A DNA stretch of 64,000 nucleotides from Terriglobia bacterium (GTDB lineage Bacteria; Acidobacteriota; Polarisedimenticolia; Polarisedimenticolales; CAVOVZ01), in the NCBI GenBank assembly GCA_963699985.1, contig CAVOVZ010000013.1:327852-391851 (forward strand), given 5' to 3'. Shown here piece after piece: positions 43,586 to 52,163 of this stretch (position 1 is the first letter of the stretch; every line of letters starts with the position of its first letter). Below the pieces are notes generated by a model. The model worked only from the letters and a program-made list of their open reading frames with translations. It did no database searches and was not told where the DNA came from. A program made the translations under genes and the position numbers.

Positions 43586-44706
43586 GCCGCCTGAGCCTCG
43601 CACCCGCGGCGCGTCGGCCGGGGACTGAGCGAGCGCGAACCCTCGTCCTCGGCGCGATCGTCTTCGGTACGAGCGTCGTCGCGAGCCTCCTGGGGGCCGA
43701 TGCCGCGCGACAGCCCGTCCGGTCGCTCGACGAGGGACGCTCGATCGTGGGCGCAGCGCTGGAGAATGGCAGCGGCTCCGAGGAGGTCCGAATTCCCCTT
43801 CGAGCACTCCGCTCGCGGCTCGGTCGCCACCCGCTCGACAGCGCCACGCGCGTCCTGTACGCCAGCGTGCTTCTCGATCTGGTGGCGCGGACCGACGACA
43901 CCCTCGCCCCGGCTTTCCACGCGCGCCGCGCGGTGGCGCTGGCGCCCGTCACCGTCCCGGTCGTTCGCGCGGCCTGCCTCGTGCTCGCTCGCTGCCAGGA
44001 GCACGAAGAAGCAGTCGCTCTCGCGCGCCGGATGTTCTCGTACGACTCCCGGTCGGCGAGCGAGCTTCTGGAGCTGGCCGAGCCGTTCCTGGGACCGGAA
44101 CGCATCGGGGAGGCGCTCCCCGACGACCCCGCGGCATGGCTGGCCTGGACGAAGCGCCTCGACGCGTCCGGTCGCGGCGGAGATGCGGACGGGACGCTCG
44201 GACGCGCACTCGATCGCTGGCCCGAGAACCTCTCGCTTCGGCTCCTTCTCGCCGCTCGCGCGACGGCCCGCAAGGACTGGCCGAGCCTCGAGCGCGCCAT
44301 CGGCCCCGAAGATCCGCCCCGGGATCGGGAGTCGGCGTCCCTCTGGGCGTATCGCGGGCGTCTGCGCGCCGCACGGGGGAACGCCGACGGCGCCAGGACC
44401 GATGCGCTTCAGGCCGAGCAGCTGGGCGGGAGGGACCTGGACGTGCCGTTGGGAGACCTCAGGGAGGCGCTCGGTGAGCTGGACGCCGCGCGCGGTCACT
44501 GGACGAGCGCGCTGTACCATCTCCCGGCCACCGAGAAGAGCCGCCCGGCCCGGCTCTCGATTCTCGCGCGCCTCTCCCGGCTCGAGGAACGGCGGGGGCG
44601 GACCGGGGACGCGATCCGGTCGTGGCGCTCGATCCTCACCATCGACCCGAACAACGACGAGGCCCGGCGACACCTCGAACTCCTCGGTCGTCCTGCGCCG
44701 CCCTGA
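43582..44706 (+). CDS. Membrane-anchored helical-repeat (TPR-like) protein, paralogue 2
   Basis: GTG 43582 overlaps the upstream stop (GTGA). TM segment LVLGAIVFGTSVVASLLG. The helical repeats end in ...GDAIRSWRSILTIDPNNDEARRHLELL. Confidence 0.55.
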   Translation: MSRLSLAPAARRPGTERARTLVLGAIVFGTSVVASLLGADAARQPVRSLDEGRSIVGAALENGSGSEEVRIPLRALRSRLGRHPLDSATRVLYASVLLDLVARTDDTLAPAFHARRAVALAPVTVPVVRAACLVLARCQEHEEAVALARRMFSYDSRSASELLELAEPFLGPERIGEALPDDPAAWLAWTKRLDASGRGGDADGTLGRALDRWPENLSLRLLLAARATARKDWPSLERAIGPEDPPRDRESASLWAYRGRLRAARGNADGARTDALQAEQLGGRDLDVPLGDLREALGELDAARGHWTSALYHLPATEKSRPARLSILARLSRLEERRGRTGDAIRSWRSILTIDPNNDEARRHLELLGRPAPP

Positions 44707-44775
44707 ATCGGCGCAGGTGGCCTTGACCGCCGCCCGGTCCCTTCCGTAGTCTCCCTTCGTCGCAGGAGGATCGTC

Positions 44776-45481
44776 GTGCCGCTTCTCTCGATCGTCATCC
44801 CGGTCTACAACGAGGACCGTACCGATCCGCGCGCTCCTCGACGCCGTGCTGTCGGCTCCGCTCCCCGAGGGTCTGGAGCGCGAGGTGGTGATCGTCGACG
44901 ACGCCTCTTCGGACGGGACCGCCGGAATGCTCGTGGAGCTGGCGCGGGACGCTCGCATCCGGGTCTTCCGGCAGTCGGTGAATCGCGGAAAAGGGGCAGC
45001 GCTCAGGCGCGGGTTCTCGGAGGCCAGAGGCGATTTCGTCGTCGTGCAGGACGCGGACCTGGAGTACGACCCTCGGGAGTACCCGAAGCTCCTCGCGCCG
45101 ATCCTCGATGGAAAGGCGGACGTGGTCTTCGGATCGCGTTTCCTGGGAGGGGGGCCCCACCGGGTCATGTTCTTCTGGCACTTCGTCGGGAACCGGGTCC
45201 TCACGCTTCTGTCCAACGCGTTCACCAACCTCAATCTCACGGACATGGAGACGTGCTACAAGGTCTTCCGAGCGGAAGTTCTCGGAAGGATCGTCCTGCA
45301 GGAGAACCGATTCGGCTTCGAGCCGGAGGTGACGGCCAAGGTGGCCGCTCTCGGCGTGCGAATCTACGAGGTGGGAATCACGTACTCGGGCCGCACGTAC
45401 GAAGAAGGGAAGAAGATCGACTGGAAAGATGGGATCCGAGCCCTCTGGTGCATCGCCAAGTACGGGCTGCTGCGCGGTTGA
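44776..45481 (+). CDS. GT2-family glycosyltransferase (DPM1/polyprenyl-phosphate glycosyltransferase-like), apparent 1-nt frameshift near 44824
   Basis: GTG 44776 encodes VPLLSIVIPVYNEDRT in frame 1. The rest (IRALLDAVLSAPLPEGLEREVVIVDDASSDGT...VVQDADLEYDP...) continues in frame 2 from 44825. The span is 706 nt, i.e. 3n+1. Confidence 0.8.
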
Positions 45482-45731
45482 CACGATCGGGTCCGCCTCT
45501 CGCGGCCGCGAGTCTCGGCGGCGCTCGCGCCATGAACCTCGCCCTCGTTTTCGTGGCCGCGGAGTGCGGTTTTGCGACCACGTCGACTCGGTGCCGTTCC
45601 GTCCCTATACTCGCTCAGGGATCCGGCGAGGGCGCGCTTCGGGGAATACCCCGCCGCCGGGGCATCCCCGTGGATCGCGTGCCGGTCCGTTTCGAGTTCA
45701 CGGTGTGGGGGAGCGCCGGGGAGGTCGATCG

Positions 45732-46358
45732 ATGAGAAGGCCCCGCGGGTGCCGAAAGGTGATCGGGATCGTCGTGCTGCTTTCGATGGGTCTTCCCTCC
45801 TCGCTCCTGGCTCAACCCACCCCCGCGACCGCCGCAGAGCCCGCGCCGGAGCCGAGCCCCGAATGGCGAGGACGTATCGAGGGCCGGCTGCTGACCGCCG
45901 ACGGCAAGAACGCCGTGCCGGGTGCTGTCGTGCGCGCGTGCGCCCTCGAGGGCGAGACGGTGATCTCTTCGAAGCCGAGCGACCCTCGCGGAGAATTCCG
46001 ACTGGATGGGTTGCCGCTGGGATACACAGATCTCACCGTGGAGACCAGCGAGGGGCTGTTCGTGGTGAATCAAGTGCTCCAGGTGCTCCCATCCGGGCGC
46101 ATGGTCCTGGATCTGGTCCTCAACAAGTTCGCCGATCGGCCGTCCAGCTGGTGGGAGGGGCGTGAGCGACCGCAGGCACCCCCCTGCTCAGGCCAGCAGC
46201 CGGTCGGCAGCGCAGACGTCCGCGAAAAGCGGACCGCAAAGGAGTTCGCGAAGTCGCCGGCGGGAATCGGCCTGATCGCGGGGGGCGTGGGGGCCCTGCT
46301 GCTCCTGGCGGCGACCGGCGGAGGGAGCGAGAGCTCGGCGAGCCCGTCACAACCCTGA
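45732..46358 (+). CDS. Secreted CarboxypepD_reg-like protein with divergent C-terminal WW/TM/SASPS module (paralogue C)
   Basis: ATG 45732 after GGGGAGG. Signal peptide ...VIGIVVLLSMGLPSSLLA-QP. Fold pattern IEGRLLTADGKNAVPGAVVRA...DPRGEFRLDGLPLGYTDLTV. C-terminus ...RPSSWWEGRE...SPAGIGLIAGGVGALLLLAATGGGSESSASPSQP*. Confidence 0.7.
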   Translation: MRRPRGCRKVIGIVVLLSMGLPSSLLAQPTPATAAEPAPEPSPEWRGRIEGRLLTADGKNAVPGAVVRACALEGETVISSKPSDPRGEFRLDGLPLGYTDLTVETSEGLFVVNQVLQVLPSGRMVLDLVLNKFADRPSSWWEGRERPQAPPCSGQQPVGSADVREKRTAKEFAKSPAGIGLIAGGVGALLLLAATGGGSESSASPSQP

Positions 46359-46363
46359 TCCGC

Positions 46364-46384
46364 CGGTTGCGGACCAGGCAACCG
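46364..46384 (+). terminator. Hairpin immediately after paralogue C (7-bp stem, 7-nt loop) followed by a T-rich stretch
   Basis: cggttgc-ggaccag-gcaaccg begins 6 nt after stop 46358 and is followed by catgtgatttcgtttcc. There is no clean U-tract, so this is a weak call. Confidence 0.35.
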
Positions 46385-46405
46385 CATGTGATTTCGTTTC
46401 CGTGC

Positions 46406-46435
46406 TTGACATCCCCCGCAGAGCGGAACAACAAT
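46406..46435 (+). promoter_or_regulatory. Sigma70-like promoter candidate (TTGACA-N18-AACAAT)
   Basis: A perfect -35 TTGACA at 46406-46411 and a -10-like hexamer at 46430-46435, about 130 nt upstream of ATG 46564. Confidence 0.35.
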
Positions 46436-46563
46436 TCGCCTGTCTCTGATGCTCGTGCAACGGGGGCGAGCCGGGTGGGCGTGCCCGCTCGCCGGGCGAC
46501 TGGCTACACGGGTGGAACATGAGGGGCCGCCGCCGAGCGGCTCATTCGATCGGAGGGTTTGAG

Positions 46564-47079
46564 ATGAGCTTCTTCCGCTTCCGTCGTGCCGTGGCCGTCG
46601 GGGTCATTGCGGCCCTGGTCCTGGTGATCGTGCCGCTACCGGCCGCAGCAGGCGAACCGGCCCTTCTGCAAGGTCGCGTCACGGCCGCCGACGGCGTATC
46701 GGCCATGAGCGGCGTCGTGGTGACCCTCGTGAACGAACGTACGCGCAGCACGTTCGCGTCCGATCCCACGAATGATCGCGGGGCGTTTCAGGCTTCCGCT
46801 CCTGCCGGGAGCTATCGTCTCGTCGCCGAGACTCCGAAGGGTGCGTTTCTCGCGTCCGGATCGGTGAAGCTCGCCGGCGGCGAGAACCCGACGGTCTCCC
46901 TCGCGTTGAAGGAGGCTCAGGAGGGCGAGGCCGGCGCCCCCGCCGCGGCGGCCCCTCCAGCAGCCCAGAGCGGAATGGCTCCCTGGGCGAAGTGGGTGAT
47001 CGTCGGCGGGATCGTCGTCGCTGGGTTGCTCGTGATCGACGCCGTCAGCGACGACGAGGAGCCTGCCAGCGGATTCTAG
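46564..47079 (+). CDS. Secreted CarboxypepD_reg-like protein with C-terminal W/TM/acidic-PAS module (paralogue D)
   Basis: ATG 46564 after GGAGGG. Signal peptide MSFFRFRRAVAVGVIAALVLVIVPLPAAA-GE. Fold pattern LQGRVTAADGVSAMSGVVVTLV...NDRGAFQASAPAGSYRLVA. C-terminus GMAPWAKWVIVGGIVVAGLLVIDAVSDDEEPASGF*. Confidence 0.75.
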   Translation: MSFFRFRRAVAVGVIAALVLVIVPLPAAAGEPALLQGRVTAADGVSAMSGVVVTLVNERTRSTFASDPTNDRGAFQASAPAGSYRLVAETPKGAFLASGSVKLAGGENPTVSLALKEAQEGEAGAPAAAAPPAAQSGMAPWAKWVIVGGIVVAGLLVIDAVSDDEEPASGF

Positions 47080-47339
47080 GCGTCCGGCACCAGAGAGCCG
47101 GGCCACGGGGACGGGGTGCCGGAACGGCGCCCCGTTCCGGGCTTGTCTCGAGACGCCTTCCACGTCAGGTCCCACTCCGGGACCTTTCTCTCGAGGCATT
47201 TGGGGCACTGCACGAACACCTGGCCCCCCTCGAGGTGGCACGTGGAGTCGATCTCACGCAGAGAGCACACGTAGCAGTAGTACTGTCCGGGAACCGGTGC
47301 TTTCTCTCCCGGTTTGTGTGTCAGGTTCTTCCTGGCCAT
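47076..47339 (-). CDS. Small Cys4 zinc-ribbon-like protein
   Basis: ATG 47339 after GAGGAG, within ORF 47076-47456. MARKNLTHKPGEKAPVPGQYYCYVCSLREIDSTCHLEGGQVFVQCPKCLERKVPEW... has CxxC...CxxC pairs. Confidence 0.5.
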   Translation of the reverse strand: MARKNLTHKPGEKAPVPGQYYCYVCSLREIDSTCHLEGGQVFVQCPKCLERKVPEWDLTWKASRDKPGTGRRSGTPSPWPGSLVPDA

Positions 47340-47659
47340 CGCTTCTCCTCGCGCCGGATCCCGCGGAACGGACGGATCGTCACGTTCCATCTCGACGAGA
47401 GTATAGCGCTCCGACGGCCGCCCGCGTCCCACGGACGCTACCCCGGGATCGTTCACGAAGCACCGTAGCGAAACCGACTTCGGCGAGCTCAGTCGAAACG
47501 CGAAGATGCCCGTCCTGCTCGGCGCCCGGAGGGACTCGAGCCCGAGACGTACTGTACCGTACGTCGCAAAGCGCGAGGGCCGAGGACTTCGAGCAGGCTG
47601 GGGAGATTCGCGGTCGCAGTAGGTCCTCCGTGAATGATCCGGGCTAGAATCGAAGCGTC

Positions 47660-49057
47660 ATGGGCCTGTTCGATTCGGAACCAGAGGTGGGTCCGGCAGC
47701 CGACGCACCGCTTTCGGACCGGATGCGCCCGACCCGTTTCGACGAGCTCCTGGGTCAGGACCTCGTCGTGGGGCCCGGGACCGCCCTGCGGGGGGCGATC
47801 GAGCGGGACGAGATGCGCTCGATCATTCTGTGGGGGCCGCCCGGCTCGGGGAAGACGACGCTGGCTCGGATCATCGCGCGAACGACGAGGGCGGTTTTCG
47901 TGCCGTTCTCCGCAGTCCTCTCGGGCATCCGGGAGATCCGCGAGGTGATGGAACAGGCCGAGCGCGCTCGACGCGCGTCGGGGCGACGCACGATCCTTTT
48001 CGTCGACGAGATTCACCGCTTCAACAAGGCTCAGCAGGACGCGTTCCTGCCGTACGTCGAATGCGGCACCATCGTTCTGATCGGGGCGACGACGGAGAAC
48101 CCCTCGTTCGAGGTGAACTCCGCGCTCCTCTCACGCTCCCGCGTGTACCGGCTGGATCGTCTCTCCGACGACGACCTGGTCCTTGTGCTGGAGCGAGCCC
48201 TCGCCGATCCGGCTCGCGGCCTCGGGACGATGCGAGTGGAGGTTCCCGCGGATCTCCTGCGGGCCGTCGCGCGGGGCTCCCAGGGGGACGCACGCGCCGC
48301 GCTCAACGTTCTCGAGCTTGCGGCTCGGTCGGCCCCTGCCGGGCCGGATGGCGTGCGGCGAGTGGACCGCGCCCTGCTCCAGGACTCCCTGCAGAAGGCC
48401 GCGCTGTATTACGACCGGGCGGGAGAGGAGCACTACAATCTCATCAGCGCGCTCCACAAATCGTTGCGGAACTCCGACGCCGACGCCGCCCTCTACTGGC
48501 TCGCCCGGATGCTCGAGTCGGGGGAGGAGCCACTGTACGTCGCGCGCCGCATCGTGCGATTCGCGACGGAGGACGTGGGCCTCGCCGACCCGCGCGCCCT
48601 CGAGATCGCCGTGGCCGCCAAGGATGCCGTCCATTTCATCGGCCGACCCGAAGGCGATCTGGCCCTTGCCGAAGCCGCGGTCTACTGCGCCCTCGCTCCC
48701 AAGTCGAACGCGCTGTACGCCGGGTGGAAGGAGATCCTGGCGGCCATCCGCTCGGGAGCGACCGATCCGGTCCCTCTACCGCTCCGCAACGCGCCCACAA
48801 CTCTCATGAAGGAGGAGGGCTACGGGCGGGGGTACGAGTACGCTCACGATCGCGAGGACGCCGTCACGGGGATGCAGTGCCTCCCTCCAGCGCTCGTCGG
48901 GCGGCGGTTCTACCGCCCGACGGGACGCGGCTTCGAGCAGACCCTCTCGGATCGGCTCGAGCAGTGGAGACAGCGACGAAACCGGTGCGCATCGCAGAAT
49001 GACGACGGATCGGATCCCGATCGCGTCGGAAGCGAAGACTCGGGCGGACCGCCGTAG
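47660..49057 (+). CDS. rarA: Replication-associated recombination protein A (AAA+ ATPase)
   Basis: Contains ...LSDRMRPTRFDELLGQ..., Walker A LWGPPGSGKTTLARIIA, Walker B ILFVDEIHRFNKAQQDAFLPYVE, ...LIGATTENPSFEV... and ...YDRAGEEHYNLISALHKSLRNSDADAALYWLARML. Confidence 0.92.
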   Translation: MGLFDSEPEVGPAADAPLSDRMRPTRFDELLGQDLVVGPGTALRGAIERDEMRSIILWGPPGSGKTTLARIIARTTRAVFVPFSAVLSGIREIREVMEQAERARRASGRRTILFVDEIHRFNKAQQDAFLPYVECGTIVLIGATTENPSFEVNSALLSRSRVYRLDRLSDDDLVLVLERALADPARGLGTMRVEVPADLLRAVARGSQGDARAALNVLELAARSAPAGPDGVRRVDRALLQDSLQKAALYYDRAGEEHYNLISALHKSLRNSDADAALYWLARMLESGEEPLYVARRIVRFATEDVGLADPRALEIAVAAKDAVHFIGRPEGDLALAEAAVYCALAPKSNALYAGWKEILAAIRSGATDPVPLPLRNAPTTLMKEEGYGRGYEYAHDREDAVTGMQCLPPALVGRRFYRPTGRGFEQTLSDRLEQWRQRRNRCASQNDDGSDPDRVGSEDSGGPP

Positions 49058-49130
49058 CCGCTTGCTTCGCGCAGATCTCTGCAGGAAGGGCCGTGCCGCA
49101 TCCTTCGGGCGAGCCAGAAGGGTCCCGGGG

Positions 49131-50336
49131 TCACTCCCGCGGCGTCTCCTCGGCGGAGTCGGCGGAGTCGCCGGGGACTACGCTTCCGCGCAAGGCCTCG
49201 GCCTCCGACGGACTGGCCTCTCGCCAGACACGGAGCTTCCGCTTGCGCTCGATCGCGTCGCGGCTGTACCGCACGCTCGAAACGAGCCTGCCGTCGCGGG
49301 TGAAGAAGTGGGTACGACCTCGCTCGCCCAGAACGACCAGGGTCCCGTTGCGGTCGTCGATGAGTACTGCCTGCTCTCGGGCGGTGCGGGCGTCCGTGAC
49401 CGCCATGCGAGTCGGGCGATCGCCCGACTCGTGCCGGTCCTGGGCGTGACCCGTTCGGCGAGAGCGGGATCGCACGTCGTGCTCGAGCCGCCGTGCCATT
49501 CCTCGGAGGATTCCCTCCACGCGACGGTCCCGCTCTTCGTCCGAGAGGCCGCCCCTCCCCCCACGCCGCCCACCACCCCGGACCGGCTTCGAGAGGCTGA
49601 CCAGAGCCGACTGGGCCCAGCGTACCGAGCGCCGCCACGGAAGCTCGTCGTGCCGCTCCCACAGCATTTCCAGCTCTTCGCCCGACGGTGCGCGTCCCAG
49701 GATGTTGAGTCCGTAGCGCGACATGCCGGACTCGTTGCGTGACGCCGCGACCTGGAACGTCAGCGCCAGAACTCCGCGCCCCTCTGCGATGCGAGTCCGG
49801 ACGGGGAAGAACCCCGCCGTGACCTGGCCGAGGAGCTCGTAGCTGCCGGCCTCGAACGCCTGCAGCAGTCCCGCGCGCAGAGCGCCCGCGCCCTGAAGGA
49901 GCGTGAAGAACGCAGGAGGATCCTCGTACAGTCGGTCCACGTCGGGATGGCGGATCTCGAGGCAGTGCTGGGCGAAGTCCTCGAAGCGGGGAGTTCCGGT
50001 GGGCGCATACCCCACGAACACATGTCGGCACGACGGGGGGCGGGAGTGCTCGCATGCCGCGTTCACGCAGCGGTGACAAAACGCGTGGCCCGGCCGGAAC
50101 GCAGCCGCGTGTTGCACCATTTCGTCGAGCCTGGCGTCGAGCGCGGCAACGATCTGCCGCGAGAACACGCTCGGATCGGCCCCCGCCCCTCGGAGCGGCA
50201 GCACGATCCTGAGTTCCACTTCGCGCAGACTCGACTCGACGAGGTGGCCTCCCGCCTTGCGCCCCAGGAGCTCCTGCGCCATTCGCCGCAGCACGTCCCA
50301 GGCGATCTCACCCAACGCCAGCGCTCGATCCTCCAC
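49131..50336 (-). CDS. Hypothetical protein with Cys/His cluster (no family recognised)
   Basis: GTG 50336 after GAGGGGA, 20 nt downstream of the cytochrome c stop. Ordinary composition. Cluster FCHRCVNAACEHSRPPSCRH. The C-terminal region is ...LIDDRNGTLVVLGERGRTHFFTRDGRLVSSVRYSRDAIERKRKL. Confidence 0.55.
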   Translation of the reverse strand: MEDRALALGEIAWDVLRRMAQELLGRKAGGHLVESSLREVELRIVLPLRGAGADPSVFSRQIVAALDARLDEMVQHAAAFRPGHAFCHRCVNAACEHSRPPSCRHVFVGYAPTGTPRFEDFAQHCLEIRHPDVDRLYEDPPAFFTLLQGAGALRAGLLQAFEAGSYELLGQVTAGFFPVRTRIAEGRGVLALTFQVAASRNESGMSRYGLNILGRAPSGEELEMLWERHDELPWRRSVRWAQSALVSLSKPVRGGGRRGGRGGLSDEERDRRVEGILRGMARRLEHDVRSRSRRTGHAQDRHESGDRPTRMAVTDARTAREQAVLIDDRNGTLVVLGERGRTHFFTRDGRLVSSVRYSRDAIERKRKLRVWREASPSEAEALRGSVVPGDSADSAEETPRE

Positions 50337-50355
50337 GACCTGGTCCCCTCCCCGC

Positions 50356-51015
50356 CTAGCTCGGCCCCGGAGCCGTCGCAGGCCCCTTGGGATCCTGGAG
50401 GAGCCACTCGGCGAGAGCACGCTTCTCCGCCTCGCCGAGCGGAAAACCCCGCATCAGTCTTCCCTCGTACTGCTCCACGAGCCGTCTCAGGCGAGGGTTG
50501 TTCTTCTGGAACGGCGCGGGATCTCCGATGTAGCGGGAGAGGTCGTCGGCATTCCAGTGCTTCGCCAGGCCGACGAGCGCAGGACCGATCTCGGTTCCCG
50601 AGCGATCCTCACCGTGACAGCGATAGCAGGTCCGGACCCGGTACGAGACGGCCGGACGCGCAGCCGCGTCGGCGGCCGGAGGGGCGACGGAAGGACCGCA
50701 GCCGCACAGGCCGAGTTGAACGGCGATTCCGGCCGCGAGGAGCCCTGCGTACGCCGGCCGGCCGGCGCGGACTCTCCGCCGTTCGAAATCTGGCCAAGCG
50801 TGCGCATGTTCCCGGCGATTGTGCCCTACCGGAGCAAGGATGCCAACGCGCTGACGCGTGCTAGGGTACGTTAGCGGGACTTCCTTGGCATGCCTGTACC
50901 GCCGATGCGGCCCGCGCCCGAGGAGCAACGGGGAGAGACGGATGTTTCCTTGGCGACGACTCGTCGGTGCCACGGCCTGGTGTCTCGTCGTGGCGGCTCT
51001 CAGCCGTGGCGCCAC
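50356..51015 (-). CDS. c-type cytochrome lipoprotein (start codon uncertain)
   Basis: Lipobox GIAVQLGLCGC, haem-binding CYRCHG, then ...GPALVGLAKHWNADDLSRYIGDP. In-frame start candidates are GTG 51015, GTG 50973 and TTG 50928. All of them leave a long pre-signal N-terminus. Confidence 0.65.
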   Translation of the reverse strand: MAPRLRAATTRHQAVAPTSRRQGNIRLSPLLLGRGPHRRYRHAKEVPLTYPSTRQRVGILAPVGHNRREHAHAWPDFERRRVRAGRPAYAGLLAAGIAVQLGLCGCGPSVAPPAADAAARPAVSYRVRTCYRCHGEDRSGTEIGPALVGLAKHWNADDLSRYIGDPAPFQKNNPRLRRLVEQYEGRLMRGFPLGEAEKRALAEWLLQDPKGPATAPGPS

Positions 51016-51964
51016 CGCCGCCTCTCGCGAGCCCTCCGAGGAGGCCGGCGAGGCCTCGTTCTGTCACGACGTCGCCGTGAAGGGGACGGTGTCATTCGCC
51101 GCGCAATCCGGCACGCTCGTGGTCCGCGACGTGAGAGATCCGTCGAACCCCCGCCTCATCGGGAAGCTCACGCTTCCCGGCGAGATCCTCGCGGTCGCGC
51201 TGGAGGGTGACCTCGCCTACGTCGCCAACGGGAGCCATGGCGTCGCCGTGGTGGACGTTTCCGAGCCCCACACCCCGCTTCTCCTCGGCCGTCACGACAC
51301 GCCGGGCTCGGTGCGCGACGTCGCGGTGTCGGGAGCCGTAGCGGCGCTGGCCGACGACATTCGAGGGATCGAGATCGTGGACCTGTCGAACGTCCGGAGC
51401 CCGAGGACGCTCGCCTCGATCCCCACGCGCGACAGGGTCCGGTCCGTCGCGCGGCACGGACCTCTGCTCGCGGCGGCCGAAGACGACGCCGGTGTTCGCC
51501 TGTTCGATCTATCGAAACCGGGAGTTCCGCGCGCGGTGGTGACTCTCGACCACGTGGGCCGTGCTCGCGGCATCGCGTTTTGCGACGGCAACCTCCTCCT
51601 GGTAGCGGCCGCGGACCTGGGCCTGATCGTCGTCGATCTCTCGGAGCCTTCCCGGCCGAGGCAGGCGACGCCGCTCGCGACCGCAGGCAGGTCGGCCTTC
51701 GTCGCCTGCTCCGCTCGCCTTGCCGCCGTGTCCGAGGGCGACGCGGGAATCGAGATCGTGGACCTCGAGCGTGCGACGCTCCCGCATGTCGTGTCGAGGG
51801 CGCGGCTGCCGCGGGGCAGTCCTGCCGGGCGCCTGCGATTCGCGGGCGACCTGCTGTTCGTGGCGGCGGGAGCCGCAGGGATCGGAGTCGTCCGGCTCCC
51901 GGACCCGTCTCGGCCCGAGGTCCTCCTTCCCCGTCGCCGGAGGATGAACGTGAATCTCCGCTGA
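50942..51964 (+). CDS. LVIVD-repeat beta-propeller protein, secreted
   Basis: ATG 50942 after GGGGAGAG. Signal peptide MFPWRRLVGATAWCLVVAALSRGATA-AS. The motif recurs as GVAVVDVSEPHTP, GIEIVDLSNVRSP, GVRLFDLSKPGVP, GLIVVDLSEPSRP, GIEIVDLERATLP and GIGVVRLPDPSRP. Confidence 0.75.
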   Translation: MFPWRRLVGATAWCLVVAALSRGATAASREPSEEAGEASFCHDVAVKGTVSFAAQSGTLVVRDVRDPSNPRLIGKLTLPGEILAVALEGDLAYVANGSHGVAVVDVSEPHTPLLLGRHDTPGSVRDVAVSGAVAALADDIRGIEIVDLSNVRSPRTLASIPTRDRVRSVARHGPLLAAAEDDAGVRLFDLSKPGVPRAVVTLDHVGRARGIAFCDGNLLLVAAADLGLIVVDLSEPSRPRQATPLATAGRSAFVACSARLAAVSEGDAGIEIVDLERATLPHVVSRARLPRGSPAGRLRFAGDLLFVAAGAAGIGVVRLPDPSRPEVLLPRRRRMNVNLR

Positions 51965-52048
51965 GCGCGCGGCCGGCTCCCGACGGGGAAAAGGACCCGA
52001 ATTGCGAGGATTCACCGTCTGGCGCTTTTCTGCCGCATGACCGTTCCC

Positions 52049-52078
52049 TTGTTCTTACTCGCGCATTGTGTATAGAAT
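52049..52078 (+). promoter_or_regulatory. Sigma70-like promoter candidate (TTGTTC-N16/18-TATAGAAT)
   Basis: A -35-like hexamer at 52049-52054 and TATAGA/TAGAAT at 52071-52078 in an AT-rich patch, about 85 nt upstream of ATG 52164. Confidence 0.4.
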
Positions 52079-52163
52079 GCAGCCGCTCGGGCATGAACCG
52101 GAGGTTGACCATCTGCCTGGGCGGAACGTGGGTTCCTTCAACGGCCCGCAGGAGGCGGCAACC

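Noticed and set aside
17584-45481. PEP-CTERM/exosortase system (given the EPS locus plus clustered secreted proteins)
   Set aside because: There is no EpsH-like exosortase. None of the secreted proteins has a PEP motif followed by a TM and a basic tail. The polytopic membrane proteins present are of the Wzy_C and flippase types.
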